A stretch of DNA of 64,000 bases from an uncultured Pseudomonadota bacterium (GCA_963843375.1 CAWJKT010000009.1:224001-288000), one strand, 5' to 3'. Positions 32,649 through 41,745 are shown, counted from the stretch's first letter. The notes: generated by a model not told the origin, from the letters alone. Numbers and translations: made by a program.

Positions 32649-32855
32649 ATGAAGACCAAGAAAAACGTCTTAACACTTATCAAAAAAATCGAGGCCCTTC
32701 CGGCCGACAAGATCAACGAGGTTGAGGATTTCGTAGAGTTCTTGGGTCACAAGGGCTCCGACAGGCAATTGACAAGGGCCGCCTCCAAACTTTCCGAAAG
32801 GTCGTTTGCCAAGGTCTGGGATAATCCCGAAGATGCCATCTACGACAAGCTATGA
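32649..32855 (+). CDS. DUF2281-like antitoxin
   Basis: KIEALP....EVEDFVEFL, SE.SFAKVWDNPEDAIYD; overlaps the toxin. Confidence 0.8.
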   Translation: MKTKKNVLTLIKKIEALPADKINEVEDFVEFLGHKGSDRQLTRAASKLSERSFAKVWDNPEDAIYDKL

Positions 32856-33183
32856 TTTCGGGGATGTTCTCCTAGTCCCTTTCCCATTCTCCAACCAAAC
32901 TGCCGTTAAGAAACGCCCTGCTGTTGTCGTCAGTTCAAGCACCTACAACCTTTCTCGTCCTGACCTGATTATCCTGGCCCTTAGCAGCCAACCAGCAACT
33001 TCAAATGTGTTTGGGGGAACCAGCCTTTCCCACTGGAAAGGGGCAGGACTTTTGAAGCCTTCAGTTTTCAAGCCCATATTGGCCACGATTGAAAAGAGTT
33101 TGGTCATTCAAAAGCTGGGACGTCTTCATGCTAGCGATCAAAAGACCCTCCAACAGATATTAAAAACAGTTATTCAGGTTTAA
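32833..33183 (+). CDS. PemK/MazF family toxin
   Basis: GDVLLVPFPFS....KKRPAVVVS, GLLKPS. Confidence 0.9.
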   Translation: MPSTTSYDFGDVLLVPFPFSNQTAVKKRPAVVVSSSTYNLSRPDLIILALSSQPATSNVFGGTSLSHWKGAGLLKPSVFKPILATIEKSLVIQKLGRLHASDQKTLQQILKTVIQV

Positions 33184-33200
33184 CTTATTGCCTCTAAACC

Positions 33201-33228
33201 TGTCCAACCTGGGGACCCGGATTGGACG
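33201..33228 (+). repeat. 28-bp site 9
   Basis: TGTCCAACCTGGG-GA-CCCGGATTGGACG. Confidence 0.88.
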
Positions 33229-33323
33229 GTGTTTTGAGGCCGCCGATTCAACCTTTGGTGTTTGAAGGATTCTTCTTTAGTGATATCATAATGTCATAAG
33301 TGTTATCACTTTGGAGGTCCCCT

Positions 33324-33569
33324 ATGGTTCGTACTCAAATTCAATTGACCAAAAAGCAAACCACCTCGTTGAAAAGAATCGCCCAGGAGAGGCATATCTC
33401 CATGGCCGAAGCCATCCGCCAAGGCGTTGATTTATTCCTAAAGAATGGGATCATCAGTCCTGAGGAGCGCCGGAAACGGGCCATTGCCATTTCAGGGAAA
33501 TTTCATTCCAAGCACACCGACCTTTCCATCCATCACGACAAGTATTTGACTGAAGACTACGCCAAGTGA
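33324..33569 (+). CDS. CopG/RHH antitoxin (VapB-like)
   Basis: MVRTQIQLT...L...A....SMAE.IR, DLS..HD.YL. Confidence 0.85.
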   Translation: MVRTQIQLTKKQTTSLKRIAQERHISMAEAIRQGVDLFLKNGIISPEERRKRAIAISGKFHSKHTDLSIHHDKYLTEDYAK

Positions 33570-33964
33570 CCACTTTCATTGACACGTCTTTTTTCATCGC
33601 TCTTTTAACGAAAGAAGACCGCTTCCACGCGAAAGCTGATCAAGCTTGGCGATCTTTACTTGAATCGGACGACAACCTGGTTTCCACCAATTACACGCTT
33701 TTAGAGACGTTCTCCCTGATCCAAAACCGCTTGGGTTTGGAAGCTGTTACCGATTTTCAAAGGGATGTTGTGCCGCTTCTATCTTTGGAATGGGTTGATG
33801 AAAACTGTCATGAAGCGGGACTTGCCGCCGTGTTGACCGCCAAGCGAAGGAATTTGAGCCTCGTGGACTGCGTCAGCTTCGAAGTTATGCGGAGGAACGG
33901 AGTTAAGAATGTCCTTACCTTTGACAAGCATTTTGGAGAACATGGATTTCATTGTTTGCCATAA
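33566..33964 (+). CDS. VapC PIN-domain toxin
   Basis: FIDTS, LSLVDCVSF..M, TFD.HF. Confidence 0.9.
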   Translation: MTTFIDTSFFIALLTKEDRFHAKADQAWRSLLESDDNLVSTNYTLLETFSLIQNRLGLEAVTDFQRDVVPLLSLEWVDENCHEAGLAAVLTAKRRNLSLVDCVSFEVMRRNGVKNVLTFDKHFGEHGFHCLP

Positions 33965-33990
33965 AAGTTAAATGAATTGTTGGTATCTGC

Positions 33991-34018
33991 TGTCCACGAC
34001 GGGGAGGTGTAGTGGACA
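33991..34018 (+). repeat. 28-bp site 10
   Basis: TGTCCACGACGGG-GA-GGTGTAGTGGACA. Confidence 0.88.
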
Positions 34019-34048
34019 AGGGGTTTCCCCGGCCGACAAGCCATTTAC

Positions 34049-34100
34049 TTGACGGTCCCTTTTCCAATGCATATAATTAATGCATATAGTTAATATGCAT
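34049..34100 (+). promoter_or_regulatory. Sigma70-type promoter with overlapping ATGCAT operator-like repeats for the VapBC module
   Basis: TTGACG-17 bp-TATAAT (34049-34077); three ATGCAT palindromes across the -10 and downstream. Confidence 0.7.
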
Positions 34101-34108
34101 CCCAGGAG

Positions 34109-34321
34109 ATGAAAATGCGGACCACCCTTGAACTTTCCAACCATTTGATCAAAGAACTCATGTCAGTGGAGAAATGGGCCTCCAAAACCCAGGCCATTGA
34201 GGCGGCCATCGACGATTTCGTCCGCCGGAAGAGACTGGATAAACTTATTTCCGCCAGGGGACGCTTGAAGGTGAAAGACGTTTCCTCCGAATTGCGGAAG
34301 ATGGAACTTCATGGCCGCTGA
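34109..34321 (+). CDS. VapB-family antitoxin
   Basis: MRTTL.L...L, SKT.AI..A...F.RR; overlaps PIN gene. Confidence 0.82.
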   Translation: MKMRTTLELSNHLIKELMSVEKWASKTQAIEAAIDDFVRRKRLDKLISARGRLKVKDVSSELRKMELHGR

Positions 34322-34700
34322 GATCCTGATTGACACATCGGTTTGGATCGACTATTTCCGCAAGCCGGACAGTGAAACCGGGGACAAGATCGTCAAACAT
34401 TTGAAACGCGGTTCCATATCTACTTGCGGAGTCGTCGTTTTTGAGGTCTTGCAGGGGGCGGCGGACCAAGAAGAGTTTTCTTTCCTGGAAGAGAACCTAA
34501 AAGGCCTGCATTTTCTCGAGGCAAACGCAGAGGCGTTTTTTGAGGCGGGGAAGGTTTCCTACGATTTGCGCAAGCATGGTATTACGCTCCCGTTAAGTGA
34601 CATTCTTATAGGCACTTTAGCCATGTCAAACCATCAAACGATTTGGACCAAGGACCAACATTTCAAAAAAATGAAAGGACTCCATCATCAGTTTTTTTAA
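34311..34700 (+). CDS. VapC PIN-domain toxin
   Basis: LIDTSVWIDYF, EVLQG, D.LI...A, T.D.HF. Confidence 0.9.
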   Translation: MAAEILIDTSVWIDYFRKPDSETGDKIVKHLKRGSISTCGVVVFEVLQGAADQEEFSFLEENLKGLHFLEANAEAFFEAGKVSYDLRKHGITLPLSDILIGTLAMSNHQTIWTKDQHFKKMKGLHHQFF

Positions 34701-34709
34701 TTAGGCCTT

Positions 34710-34737
34710 TGTCCACGGCGGGGACCCGTCGTGGACA
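34710..34737 (+). repeat. 28-bp site 11
   Basis: TGTCCACGGCGGG-GA-CCCGTCGTGGACA. Confidence 0.92.
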
Positions 34738-34809
34738 GCCAGTTCCACAATATTCACATTCTTGCGAGACCAAATCATTGATGGTATAACAGTTATATAT
34801 GGAGCCTAG

Positions 34810-35088
34810 ATGCGGTTTAAGTTCAATAGCAAAAAGAGTAATAGCCTCCGCCGGAACCGGGCACGCGGTATTGGTTTCGAGGAAGCTCAAAGGCTATGGG
34901 AAAGCCCTTACTATCTTGATCAACGTTCGGATTTACCCGAACAATGGCGGGCCATCGGTTGGGTTGTTGAAAGGCTCTATACCGTGATCTACGAAGAAAG
35001 ATCAGATCGCGATGGAGAGTATCTGCATCTTGTTACGCTGTGGAAGTCCACGAAGGAGGAGAGGAAGTTATATGAAAAGCACACATAA
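34810..35088 (+). CDS. BrnT family toxin
   Basis: F...KS....RGIGFEEAQ.LW, EQWRAIG, ST.EERK.YE. Confidence 0.8.
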   Translation: MRFKFNSKKSNSLRRNRARGIGFEEAQRLWESPYYLDQRSDLPEQWRAIGWVVERLYTVIYEERSDRDGEYLHLVTLWKSTKEERKLYEKHT

Positions 35089-35356
35089 GGCAAAAACGGT
35101 TCCAACGGCGGAGCAAATAGCCCAAATGGTCGATAAGGGGGAGGACATCTCCAAACATTTCACGAACCACGGAAAAATGATGCCGGCCATCCGACGGGTC
35201 AATGTGGATTTCGCGGAAAACATGCTGCGGGAATTGGACAGTTTAGTCCGTGAGATGAACGTGAGCCGCCAGGCGGTCATTAAATCAATCCTTCGCCAGG
35301 GATTGGATCAGCATTATTTGGCTAAGAAGAAACGTCCCCACCTGACGGCTCGTTAA
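35072..35356 (+). CDS. CopG-like (BrnA-type) antitoxin
   Basis: DKGEDISKHF, RRVNVDF...ML.ELD......VSRQAVIK. Confidence 0.8.
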   Translation: MKSTHKAKTVPTAEQIAQMVDKGEDISKHFTNHGKMMPAIRRVNVDFAENMLRELDSLVREMNVSRQAVIKSILRQGLDQHYLAKKKRPHLTAR

Positions 35357-35370
35357 TCATTTAAACCAGC

Positions 35371-35398
35371 TGTCCACGACTGGGACCCGTCGTGGACA
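35371..35398 (+). repeat. 28-bp site 12
   Basis: TGTCCACGACTGG-GA-CCCGTCGTGGACA. Confidence 0.92.
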
Positions 35399-35444
35399 GG
35401 GCAAACCATTGCGTTGTAACTATACTGTAGGGTATACTAAAAAC

Positions 35445-35716
35445 ATGCTCGTCATTTGGGATCCCCAGAAAGCCATTTCCAATCAAAAAATCACGGGGTC
35501 TCATTTGAAGAGGCTCAATCCGTATTGGAATCCGACGTTCAATTGGTGTTGGAGGATAGTGAACACCACGAACAAAGATTCATCGTGCTTGGGTATTCAA
35601 AGAAACTAAACCTATTGGTGGTGGTTTACGCTTACCGGGAAATGGATGTCATCCGGATCATCTCGGCCAGAAAAGCCACACGAAAGGAACGGGAAAACTA
35701 TGAAAAAAGAATATGA
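35445..35716 (+). pseudogene. BrnT toxin with a one-base frameshift in an A6 run (35485-35490)
   Basis: MLVIWDPQKAISNQK then, in another frame, HGVSFEEA...RIISARKAT.KER..YE. Confidence 0.8.
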
Positions 35717-35957
35717 TTTTTCTAAAGCGAAGGTCCATAAAGGCCCTCTTTTAGCTTCCAAAGGTTCTAAGATTCAGAAAACCTTCCGGTTGGATGAGTC
35801 TGTTTACCATTGGCTTATCGAGGAAGGAAAAAAACAAGGAATCCCTTACCAAACTCTCATGAACTCCATTTTAAAGCGTTCAATGTCCGATAATTCAACC
35901 CTCGAAGAACGCGTTCGTAAAATCGAGCATAAATTAGGCCTGAAAAAAACTGGCTGA
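35700..35957 (+). CDS. BrnA antitoxin
   Basis: MKKEYDFSKA, T.RLD, GIPYQTLMNSIL. Confidence 0.88.
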   Translation: MKKEYDFSKAKVHKGPLLASKGSKIQKTFRLDESVYHWLIEEGKKQGIPYQTLMNSILKRSMSDNSTLEERVRKIEHKLGLKKTG

Positions 35958-35995
35958 TTTCCCTGGACGAATTAGTTTTTGTAAATCGAAGGCCT

Positions 35996-36023
35996 CGTCC
36001 ACGACGGAGACCCGTCGTGGACA
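35996..36023 (+). repeat. 28-bp site 13
   Basis: CGTCCACGACGGA-GA-CCCGTCGTGGACA. Confidence 0.9.
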
Positions 36024-36275
36024 ATAAATGCTTCAATAATTTAAATAAGTTTAAATTGCATGGTTTGTTTTAAAGGGCTGGGGGGGATTAACCGGAGCGG
36101 ATTGGTCGCGGGCCCAAAATGGAAAATGGAGACTGGGCCCGTTTTTATTGAATAAAATCACCTTTTAATTTGTTGGCTAATTTCCTTGACTGTCACCTTT
36201 TTTGCTAATAAGATTCCCCCCAGTTAAATGGTTTCCCATGCTTTTCCCCTCCCCATATCATGCCAAGGTGGTCCC

Positions 36276-37541
36276 ATGAGATTTCGAATCTTAGGATTAT
36301 TTTCCCTTTTGGTGGGAATGACTTTTTTAACCCTCGGTTGCCCATCCAAGTCCAACAGCCCCTCCGGCCCTACCGCTCCCGCGCCGACTAATACGCCCGC
36401 CGTAACATCCACGCCTACCAACACCGCGACCATTACGTCTTCTTCCACCCCTACTGGAACACCCACCAAAACCGGCACCCCAACCCTTACTGGAACACCC
36501 ACCAACACAGCCACTGCCAGCCCCACCGCCACGATCACCCCGACACCCACGATCACCGCGACCGCCACGATCACCAATACACCGACTGATTCCGCTACTT
36601 CCACCCAAACCGGAACGTCCACTGACACGGCCACAGTCTCACCCACCGCCACGGTCACCAGTACCCCAACCAACAGCCTAAGCCCCACCCCGACGGGTAC
36701 GCCGACCGATAGCCCCAGTCCCACTCCGACCGGCACACCGACCAATACCTTCCAATTCACGCCCACGGCCACGCCTAGCGCCACCACTACCGAAACCCCC
36801 AGTTTGACTCCGACCAGCAGCCCCACACCAACTCCCAACTGCACGGGTTCCTATTCCATATCCGGAAACGTGGATTACACGGGCTCGACGGTTTCGGGCA
36901 ACAGCGTGGCGGTGCTTATCATTTCACAACCCGACCTTGGCGGCGGCAGCGGTGATGGTTGTAACCCATTCTCCTCCGTCCTCGGAACCACGCCTGGGAG
37001 CTATTCCTACAACATCTCCACTATTCCCTCGGGCAGTTTTTACGTTGTTGGGGTTTACGGAACATTCGGAAGCAACGGACCCAACCTGGGGGATTACGTT
37101 GGGGACTACGGCAACGATTGTCCCCTCACGGGTTCCACCTTGGTGGCCCTCTCCAGCGGCAATCCCAGCGCGAGCAATGTCGGCGTGACCTTCGGCAACA
37201 CTTGGACGCTTTGGGGCATCAACGCGACCGTCAACTACAGCGGATCACAAACCAACGGTGAAATCTATGTCGGGCTCTTTTCCGCGGTCAATGTTGGCGC
37301 CGGAACTTACACCCAAATTACGAATACCGGCGTCAATTCTTCGGGCCAGACAAAAACCCTCATCGATCAAATCAATAGCTGTGGCTCGACGGGCGCGTCC
37401 GTTTACGTGATTGGATGGTACGGCAGCAATCCCAACGGGCCGAACGCGGGGGACAATTACGTTGAGTTCTCCACCACCGAGGTGAACAACCCAACGACGA
37501 CGACAACCGTTAATATCAGCAGCTCCGCGACTTGGCCATAA
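36276..37541 (+). CDS. Thr/Pro-rich lipoprotein with Cys-containing beta-rich C-terminal domains
   Basis: Lipobox LTLGC, long TPT stalk; same leader family as 25720 and 27008. Confidence 0.78.
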   Translation: MRFRILGLFSLLVGMTFLTLGCPSKSNSPSGPTAPAPTNTPAVTSTPTNTATITSSSTPTGTPTKTGTPTLTGTPTNTATASPTATITPTPTITATATITNTPTDSATSTQTGTSTDTATVSPTATVTSTPTNSLSPTPTGTPTDSPSPTPTGTPTNTFQFTPTATPSATTTETPSLTPTSSPTPTPNCTGSYSISGNVDYTGSTVSGNSVAVLIISQPDLGGGSGDGCNPFSSVLGTTPGSYSYNISTIPSGSFYVVGVYGTFGSNGPNLGDYVGDYGNDCPLTGSTLVALSSGNPSASNVGVTFGNTWTLWGINATVNYSGSQTNGEIYVGLFSAVNVGAGTYTQITNTGVNSSGQTKTLIDQINSCGSTGASVYVIGWYGSNPNGPNAGDNYVEFSTTEVNNPTTTTTVNISSSATWP

Positions 37542-37580
37542 GATTGGCCAAGTTTTTTGGGGACTAACGCCTATGCCGAC

Positions 37581-37608
37581 AAAGCCCCGCCTCTGGCGGG
37601 GCTTTTTT
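37581..37608 (+). terminator. Rho-independent terminator
   Basis: AAAGCCCCGCC-TCT-GGCGGGGC-TTTTTT. Confidence 0.85.
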
Positions 37609-37805
37609 GTCTTCATGGAAGAAGGACCGGCAAGGGTGGGGAATAATATTTGAACACCAAATCCGGAATCATCACCGAATAGAAAACCCTCAAAAGCACT
37701 TCCAAAAGATCGAATTTTGGCCGTCTATCCCGCTTTTATCGAAAGGGCTAATTTGCCCCAGGTTCTTTACGCCTCATTCGCTGAATAGTGAGGTGAAGAA
37801 AGGAC

Positions 37806-37833
37806 TGTCCACGACGGGTCCCCGTCGTGGACA
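37806..37833 (-). repeat. 28-bp site 14, inverted orientation
   Basis: TGTCCACGACGGG-TC-CCCGTCGTGGACA, the exact reverse complement of the GA-core form. Confidence 0.9.
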
Positions 37834-37882
37834 GGGGAAATTTTGTTTAGTGAAGTCTGATTTTATTTTTTGGAGAAGAAAA

Positions 37883-38485
37883 TTGTCTTATCGAATAATA
37901 CAGCCACCATTTACGCTAAAATTCAAGGAAATGCCAAAAACTGAATTGAAAGCCTATTTTGATTGGTTTGTGTCTCAAATCCCTGAAAGATTATCTGTAT
38001 TGGAATCTTCGGTGAATGAAACAAAAGGATTTGAAGATTGGTCGGCTAATTATTCTATATCTTCATTATCTTCATTAAAAAAATTAGGAAAATGGTTTGA
38101 AACTAAAGCCAATACACGGACAAGAACCAAACAAGAAATGGAGAAAATTAGAGGTAATTTCAATTTTCCTACTGAGATTTCAGATCAAGAACTGACGAAT
38201 GAAACTTTTTCAATAGCAATTGATATTGGGATGTATTTTGCAGAGGTCTTGAGGAAAAAGCATAAAAATTTGCAATGGAACTTTATAACGAAAGGGCGAA
38301 AAGACTGGATTGATTATGGCCAACCTATTTTGATTGGGTTTGACATTATTGGTCTGAATCCAGTTCATATTATGGTTACATTGGCATATGGATTTGTAAA
38401 AAAGAGTAAGTCGGGGGAAAGATTAAGTGAACTCTTTTCAATTTGGTCCGGGAAAGCCAAGAAAAGAGCGAAGGGTCCAAATTAA
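37883..38485 (+). CDS. Hypothetical protein (AT-rich module)
   Basis: GGAG RBS and TTG start; fills the space between sites 14 and 15. Confidence 0.7.
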   Translation: MSYRIIQPPFTLKFKEMPKTELKAYFDWFVSQIPERLSVLESSVNETKGFEDWSANYSISSLSSLKKLGKWFETKANTRTRTKQEMEKIRGNFNFPTEISDQELTNETFSIAIDIGMYFAEVLRKKHKNLQWNFITKGRKDWIDYGQPILIGFDIIGLNPVHIMVTLAYGFVKKSKSGERLSELFSIWSGKAKKRAKGPN

Positions 38486-38505
38486 CCTTTTTGTGATGAA
38501 TCGGT

Positions 38506-38533
38506 TGTCCACGGCGGGGACCCGTCGTGGACA
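38506..38533 (+). repeat. 28-bp site 15
   Basis: TGTCCACGGCGGG-GA-CCCGTCGTGGACA. Confidence 0.92.
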
Positions 38534-38564
38534 ATGGAAACCTGGATTTGATTTCTATATCAAC

Positions 38565-38972
38565 TTACATCCAACCTGTCCGCCATTGTTGGCGCGATAG
38601 CCACACAAAGATCAGGATGATCAGCGGCGCCACCACATGCATTACGGGTTCGCCGCCGTGAAGAAGGTATGAAGCCGATGCGCCCAACAGGTCAAAGGTA
38701 AAACCCGCATAAGCCCATTCTTTGAGGGTGCGGAATTTTTTACTGCCGAAAAGAACCGCAATACAGCCGAGAATCTTGGCCACTCCCAAAATAGTACAAA
38801 GGTAAGCGGGGTAACCCAAGGCGGTAATCCCTTGAACATTCTCCGGTGCAGCCATCAGCATCATCACTCCACCCGATCCCATGGCTGAAACCACCAAGAG
38901 CGTCTCGATCCAATAGAATATCTTCGCCATCGTCATGTATTTCGCTTTCATTTCCGCTACGTTCTTCGCCAT
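38565..38972 (-). CDS. DoxX-like family membrane protein
   Basis: LGYPAY...ILGVAKILG, LKEWAYAGF.F.L.GA. Confidence 0.85.
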   Translation of the reverse strand: MAKNVAEMKAKYMTMAKIFYWIETLLVVSAMGSGGVMMLMAAPENVQGITALGYPAYLCTILGVAKILGCIAVLFGSKKFRTLKEWAYAGFTFDLLGASASYLLHGGEPVMHVVAPLIILIFVWLSRQQWRTGWM

Positions 38973-39000
38973 TTCACTTCTCCTTTGTTTTGATTCCTGC

Positions 39001-39474
39001 TTAAACTTTATTCACAAACGACTCGAACTTTTTAAGCTGATGATTCCAGGCCAGGTCCGAATCCAGCTGTTTGCGGAAGGTCTTGGCGTTCTCCCCAAAC
39101 TTTTCCAAATTCCGATGCTCCAGCTTGACCCAGGTTTTATCTTTCCCCTCGGATACAAAAGTGATTTCCACCTCGGTCGCGAAAGAAGGATCCAATTGAA
39201 AAGAGGCGGTGAGGTGCCACGCTAAAAGAATTCGATTCGGCTGCTCCCAGGCCAGCACCGTGGCCCAGTCACCCCGGGTGCCGTCTTCGGCTATTCCATA
39301 AAAACGGCCGTTCACCCTTGTCTCCAGAACCGCTTGTTTCAGTTGGGATTTGCCAACGCGGTATTCCCGGGGATACCAAGCGTCGATATTCTCCGTAAAG
39401 GCCGTGAAAGCCTCCAACAGGGGAATATTCACAAAAACCTGCTTCCGAATCGGTTCGATCATTGAGTCGGTCAT
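39001..39474 (-). CDS. SRPBCC/AHSA1 family protein
   Basis: AF.AFT..I..W, VLAWE.P.R..L.W, TEVEI.F, V.LEHR. Confidence 0.85.
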   Translation of the reverse strand: MTDSMIEPIRKQVFVNIPLLEAFTAFTENIDAWYPREYRVGKSQLKQAVLETRVNGRFYGIAEDGTRGDWATVLAWEQPNRILLAWHLTASFQLDPSFATEVEITFVSEGKDKTWVKLEHRNLEKFGENAKTFRKQLDSDLAWNHQLKKFESFVNKV

Positions 39475-39800
39475 GGTTTTTCTTTCATTTTTTTATTTTT
39501 CTCCACGTATTCCTTGAACGCTCCCAAAGACTTGTCCCAAAAACCGTCCAAATAGTCCCTCATGGTTTGAACTCCCTTGGGGTCCACCTGATACAGTCTT
39601 CGGGTGCCCCGCTGTTCTACCAACACCAACCCCGCTTCTTTCAACACCTTCAGATGTTGTGAAACCGCAGGTCTGGAAACATGCAAGCCTTCGCTTAGCT
39701 CCACCACGGCTAACGGACGCTTAGCTAGGCGCTCAAATAACTCTCGCCGGGTGGGATCACCTAAGGCCTGAAATGCTTTCGCTATAGTTGGGTTAGCCAT
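39471..39800 (-). CDS. ArsR/SmtB family regulator
   Basis: FQALGDPTRR, SRPAVSQHLKVLKEAGLV, GTRRLY. Confidence 0.9.
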   Translation of the reverse strand: MANPTIAKAFQALGDPTRRELFERLAKRPLAVVELSEGLHVSRPAVSQHLKVLKEAGLVLVEQRGTRRLYQVDPKGVQTMRDYLDGFWDKSLGAFKEYVEKNKKMKEKP

Positions 39801-39938
39801 ATCAACCGTAAGTATATACTTACCGATATGTCGATTGTCAAGATTCAATTATTGGAAGGGAAAGGTTGGAAATTAGACGGGAGTAAATAACATTTAAACG
39901 TGAGCTGGCCGTTACAATTGTAACGAAATGTAACTGGA

Positions 39939-39966
39939 TGTCCACGACGGGGACCCATCGTGGACA
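39939..39966 (+). repeat. 28-bp site 16
   Basis: TGTCCACGACGGG-GA-CCCATCGTGGACA. Confidence 0.92.
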
Positions 39967-40076
39967 GAGAATAGTTTTGCAAAGAGCATGGACAAGTGGG
40001 ATTGGGGCAGGAAGTTTCGAAAGGAATCGTAGAATTAAAACGGAAAAATATACCGAGGATGGTCGATTTGGACGTT

Positions 40077-40664
40077 CTAAAGCCCTAAGCCTTGAAGAAA
40101 GGCTTCTGATTCACGCTCGAACTGTTCTCGTATGTATGAAATGAGGGCCATACGCCAAACACCCTGCAAGTAAGTAATGATGACCTTGGTAATTGTGCCG
40201 GTGTCATAACTTTTAGGAAGACGCCCTGCTTTCTTATCTTCATTGATCTTGTCTTCGATCAGTTTTTGAGTTTGATTTATCCTGGTAATAATAGCTTTTC
40301 TTAATTCGTTATCAGCCATAACGTCTTCGGAAAGCATCCCAGCGAACATGCAAATATTAGAAGGGCATTTGGGATCATCGAGACTGTCAAACATGGCGCT
40401 TAGCATGGCCCGCATCCCAAGACTTGTACTCGGGGCTGATGTCAGGGCAAGGCTTCTTTTTTTGCCTTCGATCTCCCCATACCTCTTCAAACATTCGATA
40501 TAGAGGCGCTTTTTGCTTTTGATGGTATTGTAAAAGGAACCTTCCCCGATCTTCATCGCCTTCAGAAGGTCTCTTAGCGATGCACCAGAGTATCCGTCAC
40601 GCCAAAAGACGCGCATCGCTTGATCCACTGCCTTATCGTAATCAAACTCCACTTTTCTAGCCAT
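40077..40664 (-). CDS. TetR/AcrR family regulator
   Basis: MAR..EFD......AM.VFW..GY...S..DL..AM.I..GSFYN. Confidence 0.9.
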   Translation of the reverse strand: MARKVEFDYDKAVDQAMRVFWRDGYSGASLRDLLKAMKIGEGSFYNTIKSKKRLYIECLKRYGEIEGKKRSLALTSAPSTSLGMRAMLSAMFDSLDDPKCPSNICMFAGMLSEDVMADNELRKAIITRINQTQKLIEDKINEDKKAGRLPKSYDTGTITKVIITYLQGVWRMALISYIREQFERESEAFLQGLGL

Positions 40665-40812
40665 GTCTCATTTTACCTCTGCGAAATATCTGAAGCAATC
40701 TATTTGTAGCAAATGTGACAATATCATTTGACTGCCGTGCCATTATTCTGTAGCATGTGCTATAGAATTTAAGCGGAGATATTTCCCACGATGTTGTGGT
40801 TAGGAGACGAAA

Positions 40813-41706
40813 ATGAACGAAAGTATATTGATAACAGGAGCAAATATTGGGCTTGGGAAAGAAACCGCCCGACAGTTAGCCCTGAAAAAAGAAACAAAAA
40901 AGGTAATTCTTTTTTGCAGAAATCAAGAAAAAGCCGAGGCAGCAAAAAAGGACCTTGAGGAGAAAACGGGAAAAAAGATTTTTGAAATTATTATTGGGGA
41001 TGTTTCGGATGCGAATTCTGTAAGAAAAGCAGTAGAAAAAATAAAGGACCCTATTGATGCCGTCATTTTAAACGCAGGTGGAATGGTTGGGAAAACTGCT
41101 GCGCAAATCACACCCTCTGGCATGAATAATTTGGCCGCGACTAATATTTTAGGTCATGTGGTTCTAGTGGATGAGCTTCTAAAACAAGATAAGTTAAAAA
41201 AAGTAGTACTATTTGTAAGTGCGGAAGCTGTACCGGGAGTAAAGCCTCTCGGAATGAAACCAGTTTCAATGAAGACTTCCTCTGTGGATGAGTTTGCTGC
41301 GGTTCTTGATGGTTCATTTTTTGGTAAAAAGTTCGATGTAACCCAAGCATACGGATACGTTAAATATGTAGGAACGATGTGGACGTTATCAATGGCAAGA
41401 AAATATCCTGATCTCAAATTTGTTGTTATGAGTCCCGGCAACACAAAGGGAACTCTGGCACCGGATAACTTGCCCCAGCCTATGAGATTTATGTTGAAGT
41501 ACGTAATGATGCCTATTGTGTTTCCATTGATGGGTGGAATGGTGCACGAGATAGAGGTAGGTGTAAAACGCCTCGTCGATGGCATTTCGGATGAGCGATA
41601 TAAAAGTGGCGTTTTTTATGCGAGTAAAGAGGGTAAGCTATCGGGGGACGTGGTTGACCAGAGCACGTTTTTTCACTGCTTTGAAAAATACTACATTTCA
41701 AGATAA
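40813..41706 (+). CDS. SDR family oxidoreductase (a possible frameshift in the T6 run at 41668 would extend it to 41743)
   Basis: ITGANIGLG, LNAG, Y...K; divergent from TetR. Confidence 0.85.
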   Translation: MNESILITGANIGLGKETARQLALKKETKKVILFCRNQEKAEAAKKDLEEKTGKKIFEIIIGDVSDANSVRKAVEKIKDPIDAVILNAGGMVGKTAAQITPSGMNNLAATNILGHVVLVDELLKQDKLKKVVLFVSAEAVPGVKPLGMKPVSMKTSSVDEFAAVLDGSFFGKKFDVTQAYGYVKYVGTMWTLSMARKYPDLKFVVMSPGNTKGTLAPDNLPQPMRFMLKYVMMPIVFPLMGGMVHEIEVGVKRLVDGISDERYKSGVFYASKEGKLSGDVVDQSTFFHCFEKYYISR

Positions 41707-41745
41707 CGCTGATAAAGCAATTCACCGGAATATTGTGGCCTAGCG

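Noticed and set aside
37607..37882. N-terminal ORF extensions running through sites (also 30254, 32418, 43951)
   Set aside because: Better starts lie downstream of each site; the extensions translate the palindrome (CPRRGP-like peptides).
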